Shown: positions 1 through 10,403, counted from the first letter of the stretch. The stretch: 64,000 nt of DNA from an uncultured Chitinophagaceae bacterium (GCA_964478125.1 CAYZGR010000005.1:22573-86572), one strand, 5' to 3'. Numbers and translations are program-made. Notes: generated from the letters alone by a model not told the origin.

Positions 1-1
1 G

Positions 2-223
2 AGTATTATTTCGCTGATCTTTATTTTCGGTGGGATGATTATGGCTGTTGGATGGGGCTTTTCCGTTATTTCGGTGGCTTTTACCATATTTATGTATTTC
101 GTGGAATTACTTGTAGGACTTATTCAGGCCTTCATTTTTGCCAATTTGTCTGCCCTGTTCATTGCCCAGGCCTTTGAGCATGGTCCGCATCAAAGACTTG
201 AGGACGAAGAAGTTATTTTGTAA
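2..223 (+). CDS. atpB: F0F1 ATP synthase subunit a, C-terminal fragment (gene begins upstream of the window)
   Basis: The frame is open from the window edge to TAA at 221-223. The hydrophobic C-terminus (VELLVGLIQAFIFANLSALFIAQAF) is typical of subunit a, and atpE-F-H-A follow directly. Confidence 0.85.
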   Translation, partial: SIISLIFIFGGMIMAVGWGFSVISVAFTIFMYFVELLVGLIQAFIFANLSALFIAQAFEHGPHQRLEDEEVIL

Positions 224-271
224 ATCGTTAATATTTCAAATTCGGATTTTTTTAATCATCATATAAAATAA

Positions 272-529
<258 letters not shown>

Positions 530-546
530 GAAACAAACCGGATTTT

Positions 547-592
547 CTTACTGCATTCAGAGCGCAGGGCCGAGAATGCAGTAAGTTTTTTT
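547..592 (+). terminator. Intrinsic-terminator-like hairpin between atpE and atpF, inside the operon
   Basis: CTTACTGCATTC (547-558) pairs perfectly with GAATGCAGTAAG (574-585) across a 15-nt loop. TTTTTTT follows at 586-592. Confidence 0.5.
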
Positions 593-664
593 AAGTTTGA
601 AATAATAATTTTGACCGTATCCGATATAAATAAATATCCTGATCATTTTTTAAATTAACAAAGT

Positions 665-1159
665 ATGGATTTACTGAGCCCCGGTTTTGGACTGATTTTC
701 TGGATGGCCGTCATCTTTCTTTTGACCCTTATTATCTTACGGAAGTTCGCATGGAAGCCCATACTGAAAATGCTTGATGAGCGGGAGAAAGGGATCGCCG
801 ATTCCATCGAAACAGCAGACCGCATAAAAGCTGAAATGGCACAGATGAAGTACGAGCACGAAGAAATGCTGAAGGAAGCTAAAATAGAGCGTAGCCGTAT
901 TCTCAAAGAAGCCAAAGAGGCTAAAGATCAGATCGTTAACGACGCGAAAGAACAAGCCAAGGCCGAAGCGAAGAAAATTATTGAGAGTGCCCAGGTGGCT
1001 ATAAACAATCAAAAAATGGCTGCGCTTACCGATGTTAAAAACCAGGTGGGCAACCTGGCCGTGGAAGTAGCTGAAAAGATCTTGCGGAAACAGTTAAGTG
1101 AAGGAGCCGCCCAGCAGGATTATATCCGTCAATTGGCCGGTGAAATTGAACTGAATTAA
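665..1159 (+). CDS. atpF: F0F1 ATP synthase subunit b
   Basis: 164 aa with a single N-terminal TM helix followed by a long charged helix rich in K, E and A. Its position in the operon fits. Confidence 0.85.
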   Translation: MDLLSPGFGLIFWMAVIFLLTLIILRKFAWKPILKMLDEREKGIADSIETADRIKAEMAQMKYEHEEMLKEAKIERSRILKEAKEAKDQIVNDAKEQAKAEAKKIIESAQVAINNQKMAALTDVKNQVGNLAVEVAEKILRKQLSEGAAQQDYIRQLAGEIELN

Positions 1160-1208
1160 TAAATAGAGATAGATTCCGAATACTACCTATCGTTAAATAA
1201 TAGCTGCT

Positions 1209-1769
1209 ATGCCTAATCCCCGTTTGGCTGAACGTTATGCAAAATCTGTTGTTGATCTGGCTGTTGAAACCGACCGGCTGGAAGCCGTTTTTCAGGATAT
1301 GATCCTGATGAATGATTCCTGTGGGACCAATCCCGATCTGGTTCGCTTTTTGAAGAGCCCGGTTATTAATGCGGAAAAAAAAGAAAAGATCTTTGTAGCT
1401 ATTTTTGGGGACAGGATTTCGGAGATCAGCAGGAAATTTGCGATACTGCTGATCAAAAAAGGACGAGAGGGCTATTTACCTGAGATTGCGCGTGCTGCTA
1501 TTCATCAGTATAGGATCCTTAAAAATATCCGTCAGGTAAAAATGATCACCGCCGTACCTTTGTCGGACGAGCTGAAAGCCGATATTATAAAGAAAATAAA
1601 GGCCGAGATCACGAACCAGCAGATTGAGTTGATTACGGATGTAAAAGAAGATCTGATCGGTGGTTTTATCCTGGAAACAAACAATACGATTTTTGATGCC
1701 AGCATTGCCCGTGATCTGAAAGACATTAAAAAGCAGTTTAATAAAAATATTTACATATCCGACCTTTAA
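1209..1769 (+). CDS. atpH: F0F1 ATP synthase subunit delta (OSCP)
   Basis: 186 aa lying between atpF and atpA. The N-terminus (AERYAKSVVDLA) and the LIGGFILE motif are OSCP-like. Confidence 0.85.
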   Translation: MPNPRLAERYAKSVVDLAVETDRLEAVFQDMILMNDSCGTNPDLVRFLKSPVINAEKKEKIFVAIFGDRISEISRKFAILLIKKGREGYLPEIARAAIHQYRILKNIRQVKMITAVPLSDELKADIIKKIKAEITNQQIELITDVKEDLIGGFILETNNTIFDASIARDLKDIKKQFNKNIYISDL

Positions 1770-1812
1770 AAGAAAGCAGAATATACACTTAATCATATTA
1801 ACAAACTGAGTT

Positions 1813-3396
1813 ATGCCTGAGATAAAACCTGATGAAATATCTGCGATATTACGTCAACAATTAAGCAATTTTAATGCATCTGCTGACCTGGAAGAAGTAG
1901 GTACTGTTCTTCAGGTGGGCGATGGTATTGCTCGTATTTATGGCCTGAATAATATCCGTTCCGGGGAACTGGTTGAATTTGAAAATGGCCTTAAGGCGAT
2001 AGCCCTGAACCTGGAAGAGGATAACGTGGGGGTGGTTTTGATGGGAGAGTACAATGAAATTAAAGAAGGCGCTACTGTACGTCGTACGGGTCAGATCGCT
2101 TCTATAAAGGTAGGAGAGGGGATGATCGGCCGTGTTGTAAATACGCTCGGAGAACCGATTGACGGACAGGGACCCCTTTCCGGTGAATTATATGAAATGC
2201 CGATAGAAAGAAAGGCGCCCGGGGTTATTTTCCGGGAACCCGTAAAGGAACCTCTGCAAACCGGCATTAAATCTATTGACGCCATGATCCCTATAGGCCG
2301 TGGCCAGCGTGAATTGATCATTGGCGACCGCCAAACCGGGAAGACGGCTATTGCTATCGATACCATTCTGAACCAGAAAGAATTTTTTGAAGCGGGAAAT
2401 CCGGTATATTGTATTTACGTAGCAGTCGGTCAAAAGGCTTCTACTGTTGCTCAGGTACGAAAAACCCTGGAAGCTAATGGCGCTTTGGAATACACCACTA
2501 TTGTGGCAGCTTCTGCTTCTGATCCGGCCCCCTTACAATTCTACGCTCCCTTTGCCGGGGCGGCTATTGGGGAATATTTTCGTGATACCGGACGTCCTGC
2601 GCTGATCGTATATGACGACTTATCCAAACAGGCCGTGGCTTATCGCGAAGTATCGCTATTATTGCGTCGTCCTCCGGGGCGCGAGGCATATCCCGGGGAT
2701 GTGTTTTATTTGCACTCCCGCCTGCTGGAGCGCGCTGCAAAGATCATCACCAATGATGAAATCGCGGGCCGGATGAATGACCTTCCGGAATCCCTCCGGG
2801 GAAAAGTAAAAGGAGGCGGATCCTTGACAGCGTTACCTATTATTGAAACACAGGCAGGTGACGTTTCTGCTTATATTCCTACAAATGTGATCTCTATTAC
2901 CGATGGACAGATCTTCCTGGAATCCGATTTGTTTAACTCCGGTATTCGTCCCGCTATCAACGTAGGTATTTCGGTGAGCCGTGTGGGAGGAAATGCACAG
3001 ATCAAGTCCATGAAAAAAGTAGCCGGTACGCTGAAGCTGGATCAGGCTCAATATCGGGAAATGGAGGCCTTTGCCAAGTTTGGCAGCGATATGGACGCGG
3101 CTACAAAAGCGATACTTGACAAGGGCGCACGGAATGTACAAATCCTGATCCAGGACCAGTTTTCCCCGTTCCCGGTGGAAAAGCAGGTGGCGATCATTTA
3201 TCTGGGAACAAATGGCCTGATCTCTGAGGTTCCGGTGGACAAAGTGCGCGATTTTGAAAACACCTTCCTTAATGAGATGGAGGCGCAACTTCCGGAGGTG
3301 CTGGAAGAATTCAAAAAAGGAAAACTTCCAGAAGAAGGAATCCGTAAAATGAAAGACCTGGCTAATGGGATCATCCCACAGTTTAAGGAGCAATAA
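1813..3396 (+). CDS. atpA: F0F1 ATP synthase subunit alpha
   Basis: 527 aa with Walker A GDRQTGKT. Other conserved alpha-subunit blocks are present ([34 protein letters not shown]). Confidence 0.97.
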   Translation: MPEIKPDEISAILRQQLSNFNASADLEEVGTVLQVGDGIARIYGLNNIRSGELVEFENGLKAIALNLEEDNVGVVLMGEYNEIKEGATVRRTGQIASIKVGEGMIGRVVNTLGEPIDGQGPLSGELYEMPIERKAPGVIFREPVKEPLQTGIKSIDAMIPIGRGQRELIIGDRQTGKTAIAIDTILNQKEFFEAGNPVYCIYVAVGQKASTVAQVRKTLEANGALEYTTIVAASASDPAPLQFYAPFAGAAIGEYFRDTGRPALIVYDDLSKQAVAYREVSLLLRRPPGREAYPGDVFYLHSRLLERAAKIITNDEIAGRMNDLPESLRGKVKGGGSLTALPIIETQAGDVSAYIPTNVISITDGQIFLESDLFNSGIRPAINVGISVSRVGGNAQIKSMKKVAGTLKLDQAQYREMEAFAKFGSDMDAATKAILDKGARNVQILIQDQFSPFPVEKQVAIIYLGTNGLISEVPVDKVRDFENTFLNEMEAQLPEVLEEFKKGKLPEEGIRKMKDLANGIIPQFKEQ

Positions 3397-3427
3397 TTTT
3401 TCTCAAAAAGAATACGGGATTTTGTTT

Positions 3428-3458
3428 GGGTTGAGGGCTTGGGCTCTCAACCCTTTTT
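3428..3458 (+). terminator. Rho-independent terminator after atpA
   Basis: GGGTTGAGGGC / GCTCTCAACCC form an 11-bp stem (one G-U pair) with a TTGG loop. TTTTT follows. Confidence 0.75.
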
Positions 3459-3532
3459 ACTAATGGCATAATACACATGATCCGGGGCACATCCGCTCAT
3501 TGATTATTTCCATATATTAGCCCAAAGTTTTC

Positions 3533-3540
3533 TATTTTTG
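3533..3540 (+). promoter_or_regulatory. Candidate Bacteroidota -7 promoter box (TAnnTTTG) for the ferritin gene
   Basis: TATTTTTG lies 32 nt upstream of the ATG at 3572. Confidence 0.35.
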
Positions 3541-3571
3541 TTTGTTTTTCTTTATTTAAAAAAGCACCTGT

Positions 3572-4123
3572 ATGAATACCAAACGCATATCGAAATCTAT
3601 AGAAGACATCCTGAACCGGCAAGTAAAGAAGGAAGCCGAGGCTGCACAAATTTTTTTATCCTACGCCGTATGGGCAGACGACCTCGGATACAGTGGGGTT
3701 GCCAATCTTTTATTCCGGCATTCCGGTGAGGAAAGGGAGCACATGCAGAAGGTGATTGAATATATTCTTGGACGTGGAGGAAAACCAAAGATCACTGCGC
3801 TGGCGGCCCCTCCTAAAGATCCTAAGAATCTTCAGGATTGCCTGAATAGCCTGTTCAAACATGAAGTGGATAATACCTCATCCATATATGAAATTGTTAA
3901 TCTTGCTCAAAAGGAAAAGGACTGGGCCACCTGGAATTTTGGCCAGTGGTTTGTGAAAGAACAGATAGAGGAAGAGACTTTGATCATGGATTTGCTGGAT
4001 AAGCTCAAAATTGCCGGTGGAGATCGGGCTACAGATGAGTCTTTATTGCTGCTGGATACCGAATTGAGACAGCATGATGATGAAGCGGATCTGGCCAGGG
4101 AGGCAAGTGTGGAAAACCCATAG
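3572..4123 (+). CDS. Non-heme ferritin (Ftn family)
   Basis: 183 aa. The ferroxidase-centre context EAEAAQIF...GEEREHMQKVIEYI is typical of bacterial ferritins. Confidence 0.85.
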   Translation: MNTKRISKSIEDILNRQVKKEAEAAQIFLSYAVWADDLGYSGVANLLFRHSGEEREHMQKVIEYILGRGGKPKITALAAPPKDPKNLQDCLNSLFKHEVDNTSSIYEIVNLAQKEKDWATWNFGQWFVKEQIEEETLIMDLLDKLKIAGGDRATDESLLLLDTELRQHDDEADLAREASVENP

Positions 4124-4239
4124 CCATATTTCTTTGGGTTCAGAATGATATTTTAGAGCGGTTATCTGGTGTAAATTCTCCAAACCGAATAAATTCGATA
4201 TTCAGCCTGTAGAAAACGGAGGGATGAAGTGGAGATCCA

Positions 4240-4881
4240 TTAGGGGCTGACAAAAGGATTATGCTGTTTTTCATGCCCAATAGTAGTTTCGGGCCCATGT
4301 CCCGGATATACGATCGTATGATCCGGGAGCTTGAAGAGTTTGTCCCGGATGGAATTTAGGAGAAATTCCGCATTGCCGCCCGGCAGATCGGTACGCCCTA
4401 TACTTTCATTGAAAAGCACGTCCCCGCCGATCAGGAAATTTTGTTCCTCACAATAAAAACAAATGCTACCCGGGGAATGTCCGGGGGCCCAGATGACCGA
4501 AAACCGGTTATTTCCCAGAAACAGGTTGTCTCTCTCCTCGATATATTGTTCGGGTTTTGGAGAAGTTTCGAAAGGAAGGTTATAACGCATTCCCGCCTCT
4601 TTCGTCTGGTCTAAGACTGATTTTTCCGATTTATGCATTTCGGGTCTGAGGCCGAAATGGTCAAAAATGAGCTTATTACTGAAGATATGGTCCAGATGGC
4701 AATGGGTATTGAGCAGTCTTAGAGGGGATAAGTGGCGGGATCTCAAATAGTCCAAAAGCAATTCTTGTTCCTTTTTAAAATAAGCCCCCGGGTCAATAAT
4801 GAAACAGTCCTTTTTTTCGTTAATTAACAAAAATGTATTTTCCTGGAACGGATTAAATGTAAACGACTTAACTTCGAGCAT
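4240..4881 (-). CDS. MBL-fold metallo-hydrolase (glyoxalase II-like)
   Basis: 213 aa with the HxHxDH motif (HCHLDH) and later His/Asp ligands (PGHSPGS, GDVLF, PGHG). Confidence 0.85.
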   Translation of the reverse strand: MLEVKSFTFNPFQENTFLLINEKKDCFIIDPGAYFKKEQELLLDYLRSRHLSPLRLLNTHCHLDHIFSNKLIFDHFGLRPEMHKSEKSVLDQTKEAGMRYNLPFETSPKPEQYIEERDNLFLGNNRFSVIWAPGHSPGSICFYCEEQNFLIGGDVLFNESIGRTDLPGGNAEFLLNSIRDKLFKLPDHTIVYPGHGPETTIGHEKQHNPFVSP

Positions 4882-4942
4882 AATGCGGTTTTTTTGTACC
4901 TTTATTTGCTCAAAAATACGTGAATAACCTTAGTATCTTTTT

Positions 4943-7900
4943 ATGATGCGAAAATATTTAAGATTCTTCCTGCTGTTAAGCCTTTGTGGTGCAAGCTTTG
5001 ATGGATTCTCACAGACAAATACGGTTCGGTTTGGTAAAAACAGACTTCAATATAAAAAGTTTGACTGGCGCTATTTTAAGACAGATCATTTTAACACCTA
5101 TTTTAGCCAGGGAGGATTGGAATTAGGGAAGTATGTTGCACAAACGGCCGAGCAGGAATTGACCGATCTGGAAAAGATCATGGACTTTAGTACCCGGGAC
5201 CTGATCAATATCATTGTTTACAACAGTTATGGGGACATGAAGCAGTCCAATATTGGAATTGGGTTGGAATGGCAAAATACAGGAGGCGTTACCAAGCTGG
5301 TGGGTAATAAAATGATTATTTATTTTGATGGCAACCACAATAAGCTGAAAGTCCAGATCAGAGAAGGGATTGCCAAGGTTATCCTGAATAACATTATGTT
5401 TGGCAGTTCCGTGGGAGAGTTCGCGGGTAATGCAGTGCTGCTGAATTTGCCAAATTGGTATACGGATGGTTTTATTGCATTTGTTGCCGAAAACTGGAAT
5501 TCGGAACTGGATAACCAGCTCAAGCAATTGATCCGGACAGGACGTTACCAGACGTTTAACCAACTCGCCAATGAATTTCCTACTCTTGCCGGACATGCTT
5601 TCTGGTATTATGTTTCCAGCGTGTATGGTATGGATGCGCCTTCTTACCTGTTGTATATTTCACGGATTGACCGGAATATGAAGAAGGCGTTTCAACAAGT
5701 ATTGCATAAGAAGTACAAAGAGGTTATGCGGGAGTTTATCACTTATAGCTTCCGTCGCTATCAGGATGATAACCGGGGCCGCCGCCAGATCACCAGGGGG
5801 AGGGTGACAACCACGCAGTCCGATATAAAATCCCAACATTACCGAATCCATCCCAACCCGCGTAATCGGAATTATGCGATGGTGGAATTTAAACACGGGA
5901 TTTATGAGGTTCAGCTTTTTCAGGGCTTCTATAAACCAAAAGTATTATTGAAAAGCGGTGTTCGTGAATTAAAATCGCAGGTTAATCCGGACTATCCCCT
6001 GCTTGGTTGGGATGCGCAGGGCACCCGCCTGGCCATTATTTATCCCAAAAAAGGAAAATTGAAGTTAATGGTCTATGACCTCATCTCTAAGACAAAAATA
6101 AAAGAAGACCTGCCTGAAGATTTTCAGATGATTCAGAGTTTTCAGTACCTGCCCACTCAGCAAAACCTGTTGCTTTTGTCTGCCACCAAAAACGGCCATA
6201 CCGATTTATTTACTTATAACATCGGCACTTTCAAAACCACGCAGCTGACGAATGATGTTTTTGATGATGTGGATCCTTCTTATGTAGGTTTTTCTAAAAA
6301 GAGCGGGATCATTTTTTCCTCCAATCGTCCTGCTCCCCATGCAGTAAGTGCGGATACGGTATTGCCGCATCATCGCTACAATATATTTCTACTCAGTAAT
6401 TGGGATCAGCCGGAAGGCAGACAGATCACGCAGCTTACCGATCTAAAAATGGGAAATGCTCGTATGCCCATGCAGTATACCGACCGTTATTTCACCTTTG
6501 TGGGAGACCAAAATGGAATTAATAATCGCTATGCCGGTTTTTTTCAGTCTCAAAGTAATGGAATAGACACCCTTTATTATATTGGGGCCAATGTATTAAG
6601 AAATCCGGATCAGCCGGAATTGGATTCCATGCTGCAGAGCTATGGAAGTTCTCAACCGGATTCGGTAAAAATGGCGGCTATTACTTCCGACTCTACTTAT
6701 GTATTTCCATTGACCAATTATGCCGACGGGATAACCGAGTCTTATAGCGCCGGGCAGAAACAAATTGTTTCGGAAACCGTGAAGCGCGGTGATTTTACAA
6801 GGACTTACGAGCTGCAGGAAGATACCCGGACACTGGATCGACGGAATATCAGTACGCCTCTTACTACGTACAGAAGATATCAATTGCATCAGGATAGCGT
6901 GCGACGGGGCTTACCCATGTATTATGAGCAAACTACTCCCGATACTACGATGAACCCGGAAAATTATTTCCAGAGCGAATTTGGATATATTCCGCCGGAC
7001 AGTACCAATATTATACGCCAAAACCTGAAGCTGGAACAACAATTACAACGAAATAACGTATTGGGAAACGCCCGTTTATTTCCTTATCACCTGAAGTTTT
7101 CTACCGATTATTTAATTACGCAACTGGATAACTCCGTTTTGATTGATCGTTATCAGCCTTTTACCGGAGGCGGGGGCCCGATATACCTTCAACAGCCCTT
7201 TAATGGTTTGATCCAGGTGGGCGTCAGTGATCTGTTTGAGGATATTAAATTTACGGGCGGATTCCGTTTCCCCTCCAACTTCAATGGCAGCGAATATTAT
7301 TTCTCTTATAACAACTTGCGTCATTTCGTAGATTATAAATTATTATACTACCGTAAGGTAAACCGGGTGGGGTATAGTAATCTTCCTTACGAGGCCAAGA
7401 GAAGAACCAATTTATACCAGGTAGAGGTGACGCTTCCCATTGACGTCGTTCGAAGTGTAAGACTGACCCTTGGTTATAGAAGAGACCAGCTTACCACATT
7501 GGCCAGCGATGCCAATACGCTACCCAAAAATACGTTGGATAATGATCAGAAATTTGGTGTAACCCGTGCAGAATATGTATATGATAACACGATTAATCCG
7601 GCCATTAATATCTGGAACGGGTTGCGTTGGAAGGCTTATATAGAAATGTTACCACAACTAAATAAGCCTGCCGGAGTGAAGGAGCGGAATTTTACTTTTA
7701 ATGCCGGTCTGGACGCACGTTATTATTTACCCATCTATAAAAACTTTATCTGGGCTACCCGCTTTGCAGCTGATTTTAGTTGGGGAAACCGGAAGGTATT
7801 GTATTATCTCGGAGGAGTGGATAATTGGCTGGCCCCTAAATATAACAACAATACGCCCATTGATTTTTCAGCCAATTATGCATACCAGACGCTGGCAGAA

Positions 7901-8296
7901 AATCTGAGAGGATATAAACAGAATGTGAAGAATGGAAATAACGTGATGTTGTTGAATACAGAACTTCGTCTACCGGTGTTTGCCACTTTTATTAACCAGC
8001 CTATTAATTCCGATTTTATTCGCAATTTCCAGATCACCTCTTTCCTGGATATGGGAACTGCCTGGCATGGCGGTTTTTCTGATCTCAACAACAGCAGCCA
8101 GCCATCGTATGGCAATCAGCATGTTATCGTTAAGATAAAGAATAACAGCCTTGGCCCGTTTGTAGGGGGATATGGTTTCGGAGCACGTACGACCATCGCG
8201 GGTTATTTCCTGAGGGTGGATGCAGGCTGGCCCATGCAGAGCGGATTCTTTTATGGGAAGCCCCGCTGGTATTTTGCACTGGGTGTAGATTTTTAA
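4943..8296 (+). CDS. Large secreted outer-membrane protein with a central TolB/WD40-like propeller-like region and a C-terminal Omp85/D15-like beta-barrel
   Basis: 1117 aa with a signal peptide (MMRKYLRFFLLLSLCGASFDGFSQ). The C-terminal third shows alternating hydrophobic strands and ends in an aromatic residue (YFALGVDF). Confidence 0.6.
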   Translation: MMRKYLRFFLLLSLCGASFDGFSQTNTVRFGKNRLQYKKFDWRYFKTDHFNTYFSQGGLELGKYVAQTAEQELTDLEKIMDFSTRDLINIIVYNSYGDMKQSNIGIGLEWQNTGGVTKLVGNKMIIYFDGNHNKLKVQIREGIAKVILNNIMFGSSVGEFAGNAVLLNLPNWYTDGFIAFVAENWNSELDNQLKQLIRTGRYQTFNQLANEFPTLAGHAFWYYVSSVYGMDAPSYLLYISRIDRNMKKAFQQVLHKKYKEVMREFITYSFRRYQDDNRGRRQITRGRVTTTQSDIKSQHYRIHPNPRNRNYAMVEFKHGIYEVQLFQGFYKPKVLLKSGVRELKSQVNPDYPLLGWDAQGTRLAIIYPKKGKLKLMVYDLISKTKIKEDLPEDFQMIQSFQYLPTQQNLLLLSATKNGHTDLFTYNIGTFKTTQLTNDVFDDVDPSYVGFSKKSGIIFSSNRPAPHAVSADTVLPHHRYNIFLLSNWDQPEGRQITQLTDLKMGNARMPMQYTDRYFTFVGDQNGINNRYAGFFQSQSNGIDTLYYIGANVLRNPDQPELDSMLQSYGSSQPDSVKMAAITSDSTYVFPLTNYADGITESYSAGQKQIVSETVKRGDFTRTYELQEDTRTLDRRNISTPLTTYRRYQLHQDSVRRGLPMYYEQTTPDTTMNPENYFQSEFGYIPPDSTNIIRQNLKLEQQLQRNNVLGNARLFPYHLKFSTDYLITQLDNSVLIDRYQPFTGGGGPIYLQQPFNGLIQVGVSDLFEDIKFTGGFRFPSNFNGSEYYFSYNNLRHFVDYKLLYYRKVNRVGYSNLPYEAKRRTNLYQVEVTLPIDVVRSVRLTLGYRRDQLTTLASDANTLPKNTLDNDQKFGVTRAEYVYDNTINPAINIWNGLRWKAYIEMLPQLNKPAGVKERNFTFNAGLDARYYLPIYKNFIWATRFAADFSWGNRKVLYYLGGVDNWLAPKYNNNTPIDFSANYAYQTLAENLRGYKQNVKNGNNVMLLNTELRLPVFATFINQPINSDFIRNFQITSFLDMGTAWHGGFSDLNNSSQPSYGNQHVIVKIKNNSLGPFVGGYGFGARTTIAGYFLRVDAGWPMQSGFFYGKPRWYFALGVDF

Positions 8297-8334
8297 TTTT
8301 TTTAATTTCCGAAGCAACGTTTGCGTAACTTTCA

Positions 8335-8937
8335 TTGTCTAATAGCGGTAAAGTGTTAACTGGAAAAAAAGGTTTATCCGATGATTCCAGGCTCGTCAAA
8401 GAATGTCTACGTGGAAATGGCAAAGCGCAGAAAGCGCTTTATGACCGTTTCAGCACCAAAATGATGGGCCTTTGTTATCGGTATGTTCGCAACCGGGCAG
8501 ATGCGGAGGATATTCTCCAGGAGGGGTTCATAAAGGTGTTTACCTCCCTGAAGCAATTCCAGTCAACAGGATCATTAGAAGGATGGATTCGCAGGATCAT
8601 GGTGAATACGGCAATTAATTTTTTAAACAAAAACAAACGGCTACAGTATCGTATTGAAATTGAGGATCATACGCAGCCTGCAGGCCCTGAGGCAGCGGAT
8701 GCCGGTGTACATCAGGCAGATATCCTTTCCATGCTCCACCAACTGCCGACAGGTTACCGGACCATTATCAACCTGTATGCAATAGAAGGATATTCCCATA
8801 AAGAAATAGGAGAGAAACTGGGAATCGCAGAAGTGACTTCGCGGTCACAATATTCCAGAGGGAAAGAGATGTTGAAGAAAATACAGGCACAACAGGAAAA
8901 AGTACATATTCCGTATCCCAAAGAGGAGGAAAGATGA
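8335..8937 (+). CDS. ECF-type RNA polymerase sigma-70 family factor
   Basis: Region 2 (ADAEDILQEGFIKVF) and region 4 (YRTIINLYAIEGYSHKEIGEKLGIAEVTSRSQYSRGKEML) are present. No in-frame ATG lies upstream of region 2, so the start must be TTG 8335 or GTG 8353. Confidence 0.9.
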   Translation: MSNSGKVLTGKKGLSDDSRLVKECLRGNGKAQKALYDRFSTKMMGLCYRYVRNRADAEDILQEGFIKVFTSLKQFQSTGSLEGWIRRIMVNTAINFLNKNKRLQYRIEIEDHTQPAGPEAADAGVHQADILSMLHQLPTGYRTIINLYAIEGYSHKEIGEKLGIAEVTSRSQYSRGKEMLKKIQAQQEKVHIPYPKEEER

Positions 8938-10388
8938 AGGAAGATTTGAATAAACAATCTTGGGAAGAGCGGCTTAGGGAGGCTGCCGGTAAGGTGGAAG
9001 TGCAACCTTCAGGATTGGTATGGAATAAAGTGAAAGAGCAGTTGCCTGCTTCGCACGGGAAAATTTATTTCTACCGATGGGCGGCTGCTGCAGCGCTTTT
9101 GATCCTGATCGGACTTGGAGCCTACTTCTGGTTACTCCCTGGCCAGCAATCCCATCAAAGCGTAAGATCATTAACCTCAAGGGATCGCCTGCAGGAAAAA
9201 GCTGCCCCAAAGATACCTAAGCACAGACCATCTGCTCAGCGATCTGCACACCCACAAGCCTCCAGGCCGGTGAAGCAATCAATTGCGGCAAATACTTCGA
9301 GTCTTTCTCCCTCAGGGATATTGGAGGATTCCGGGAAGAATGCAAAATCCTCAAAGTCTATTTCTTCCCCGCGGATCCTGTCTCAGGAGCATCCAAAGGA
9401 ACGGCCCGTGATCTCCGGGCTTCCTCATTTGTCAAAAATCAGGTGGCAAGATATCGCGAAGGAAGAGTCCCGCGTAGCCGGTACACCTTCTTTGCAATCT
9501 TTGCAATACTCGGAAAGAATTATTCAACTTTTGCTCCCATCCGCTGAACTTTCTGCTCATCCGGATGCGGAAGCTGAAAGACCGGTTGGTAAATCGGGGG
9601 AGAACCGGGAAGGGAAGTTAGCCGTTGGTTTGTTTTTTACTCCCGGCATGAGCTATAGAACGCTCAAAACCCCAGGTAAATCTCATTCTCCGATTATGAA
9701 TGCCGCACCGGCTCCTTCCGGAGGAGGTTACAGCCTGATGTCTCCCCTGTCGACGGAAACAAACCGTATGAATCGAAGTGATAAACCCATGCAACAAAAA
9801 GAAAGCTGGGGATGGGAGTCTGGTTTGCGAGTGACTCTGAACCTTTCCAAGGGTTGGATTTTGCAATCCGGTTTATCTCTAAGAGAGACCAATTATAAAG
9901 TCACGGCTTACAAAGGATCCCCTGCCTACGTCAACCAAAGCGGGAACTCCATGGCTACCGCACGTCCCATGGCTAACTCCATGTACGCGTTATATGTCAG
10001 CAGGTTACCCGAAAATAACCTGCCGGTTACACTTCAAAACAAATACCTGAATACCGAGTTGCCCCTGTTAATCGGCAGAAGCTTTGGAAATCCGGATAAA
10101 CTCTCTTTTTCTATTCTGGCGGGCGCCGGGATTACCTACCTGCTGAGAGCGGATGCGGTAATGTATGCCCCGAAATCCCGGCGTTATTTTTCGGATAAGG
10201 ACTATCTCCATCCGTTTAACAGCAGCCTGATCCTGGAAACCAACCTGGATATTCCTTTAAGCCGGAACTTCCATTTTTCCATTGGCCCGGTGCTACAATA
10301 TCAGATATCTTCAAGTTACAAGGATTACAAAGCCGTGAAAGAATTCCCCTATTTAATTGGGCTAAAGACGGCTTTTCACCTCAAATGA
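8934..10388 (+). CDS. Anti-sigma-like membrane protein with a low-complexity linker and a C-terminal beta-barrel-like domain
   Basis: Its start overlaps the sigma gene stop in ATGA. It has one TM helix (WAAAAALLILIGLGAYFWLL), an S/P/K/Q-rich linker, and about 200 aa of amphipathic strand pattern at the C-terminus. Confidence 0.55.
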   Translation: MKEDLNKQSWEERLREAAGKVEVQPSGLVWNKVKEQLPASHGKIYFYRWAAAAALLILIGLGAYFWLLPGQQSHQSVRSLTSRDRLQEKAAPKIPKHRPSAQRSAHPQASRPVKQSIAANTSSLSPSGILEDSGKNAKSSKSISSPRILSQEHPKERPVISGLPHLSKIRWQDIAKEESRVAGTPSLQSLQYSERIIQLLLPSAELSAHPDAEAERPVGKSGENREGKLAVGLFFTPGMSYRTLKTPGKSHSPIMNAAPAPSGGGYSLMSPLSTETNRMNRSDKPMQQKESWGWESGLRVTLNLSKGWILQSGLSLRETNYKVTAYKGSPAYVNQSGNSMATARPMANSMYALYVSRLPENNLPVTLQNKYLNTELPLLIGRSFGNPDKLSFSILAGAGITYLLRADAVMYAPKSRRYFSDKDYLHPFNSSLILETNLDIPLSRNFHFSIGPVLQYQISSSYKDYKAVKEFPYLIGLKTAFHLK

Positions 10389-10403
10389 TTAAGATGTGGA
10401 ACC

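Noticed and set aside
2833-3393. Long antisense or shadow ORFs inside well-supported genes. Examples are 2833-3393 in atpA, 5123-5596 in the 1117-aa OMP, 11168-11665 in the SDR gene, 29586-30047 in the PRODH gene, 47446-47919 in dnaJ, and 17838-18260 in ftcD.
   Set aside because: Each lies fully within a gene that has strong family motifs on the other strand, and none has recognisable motifs of its own. I treated them as non-coding.
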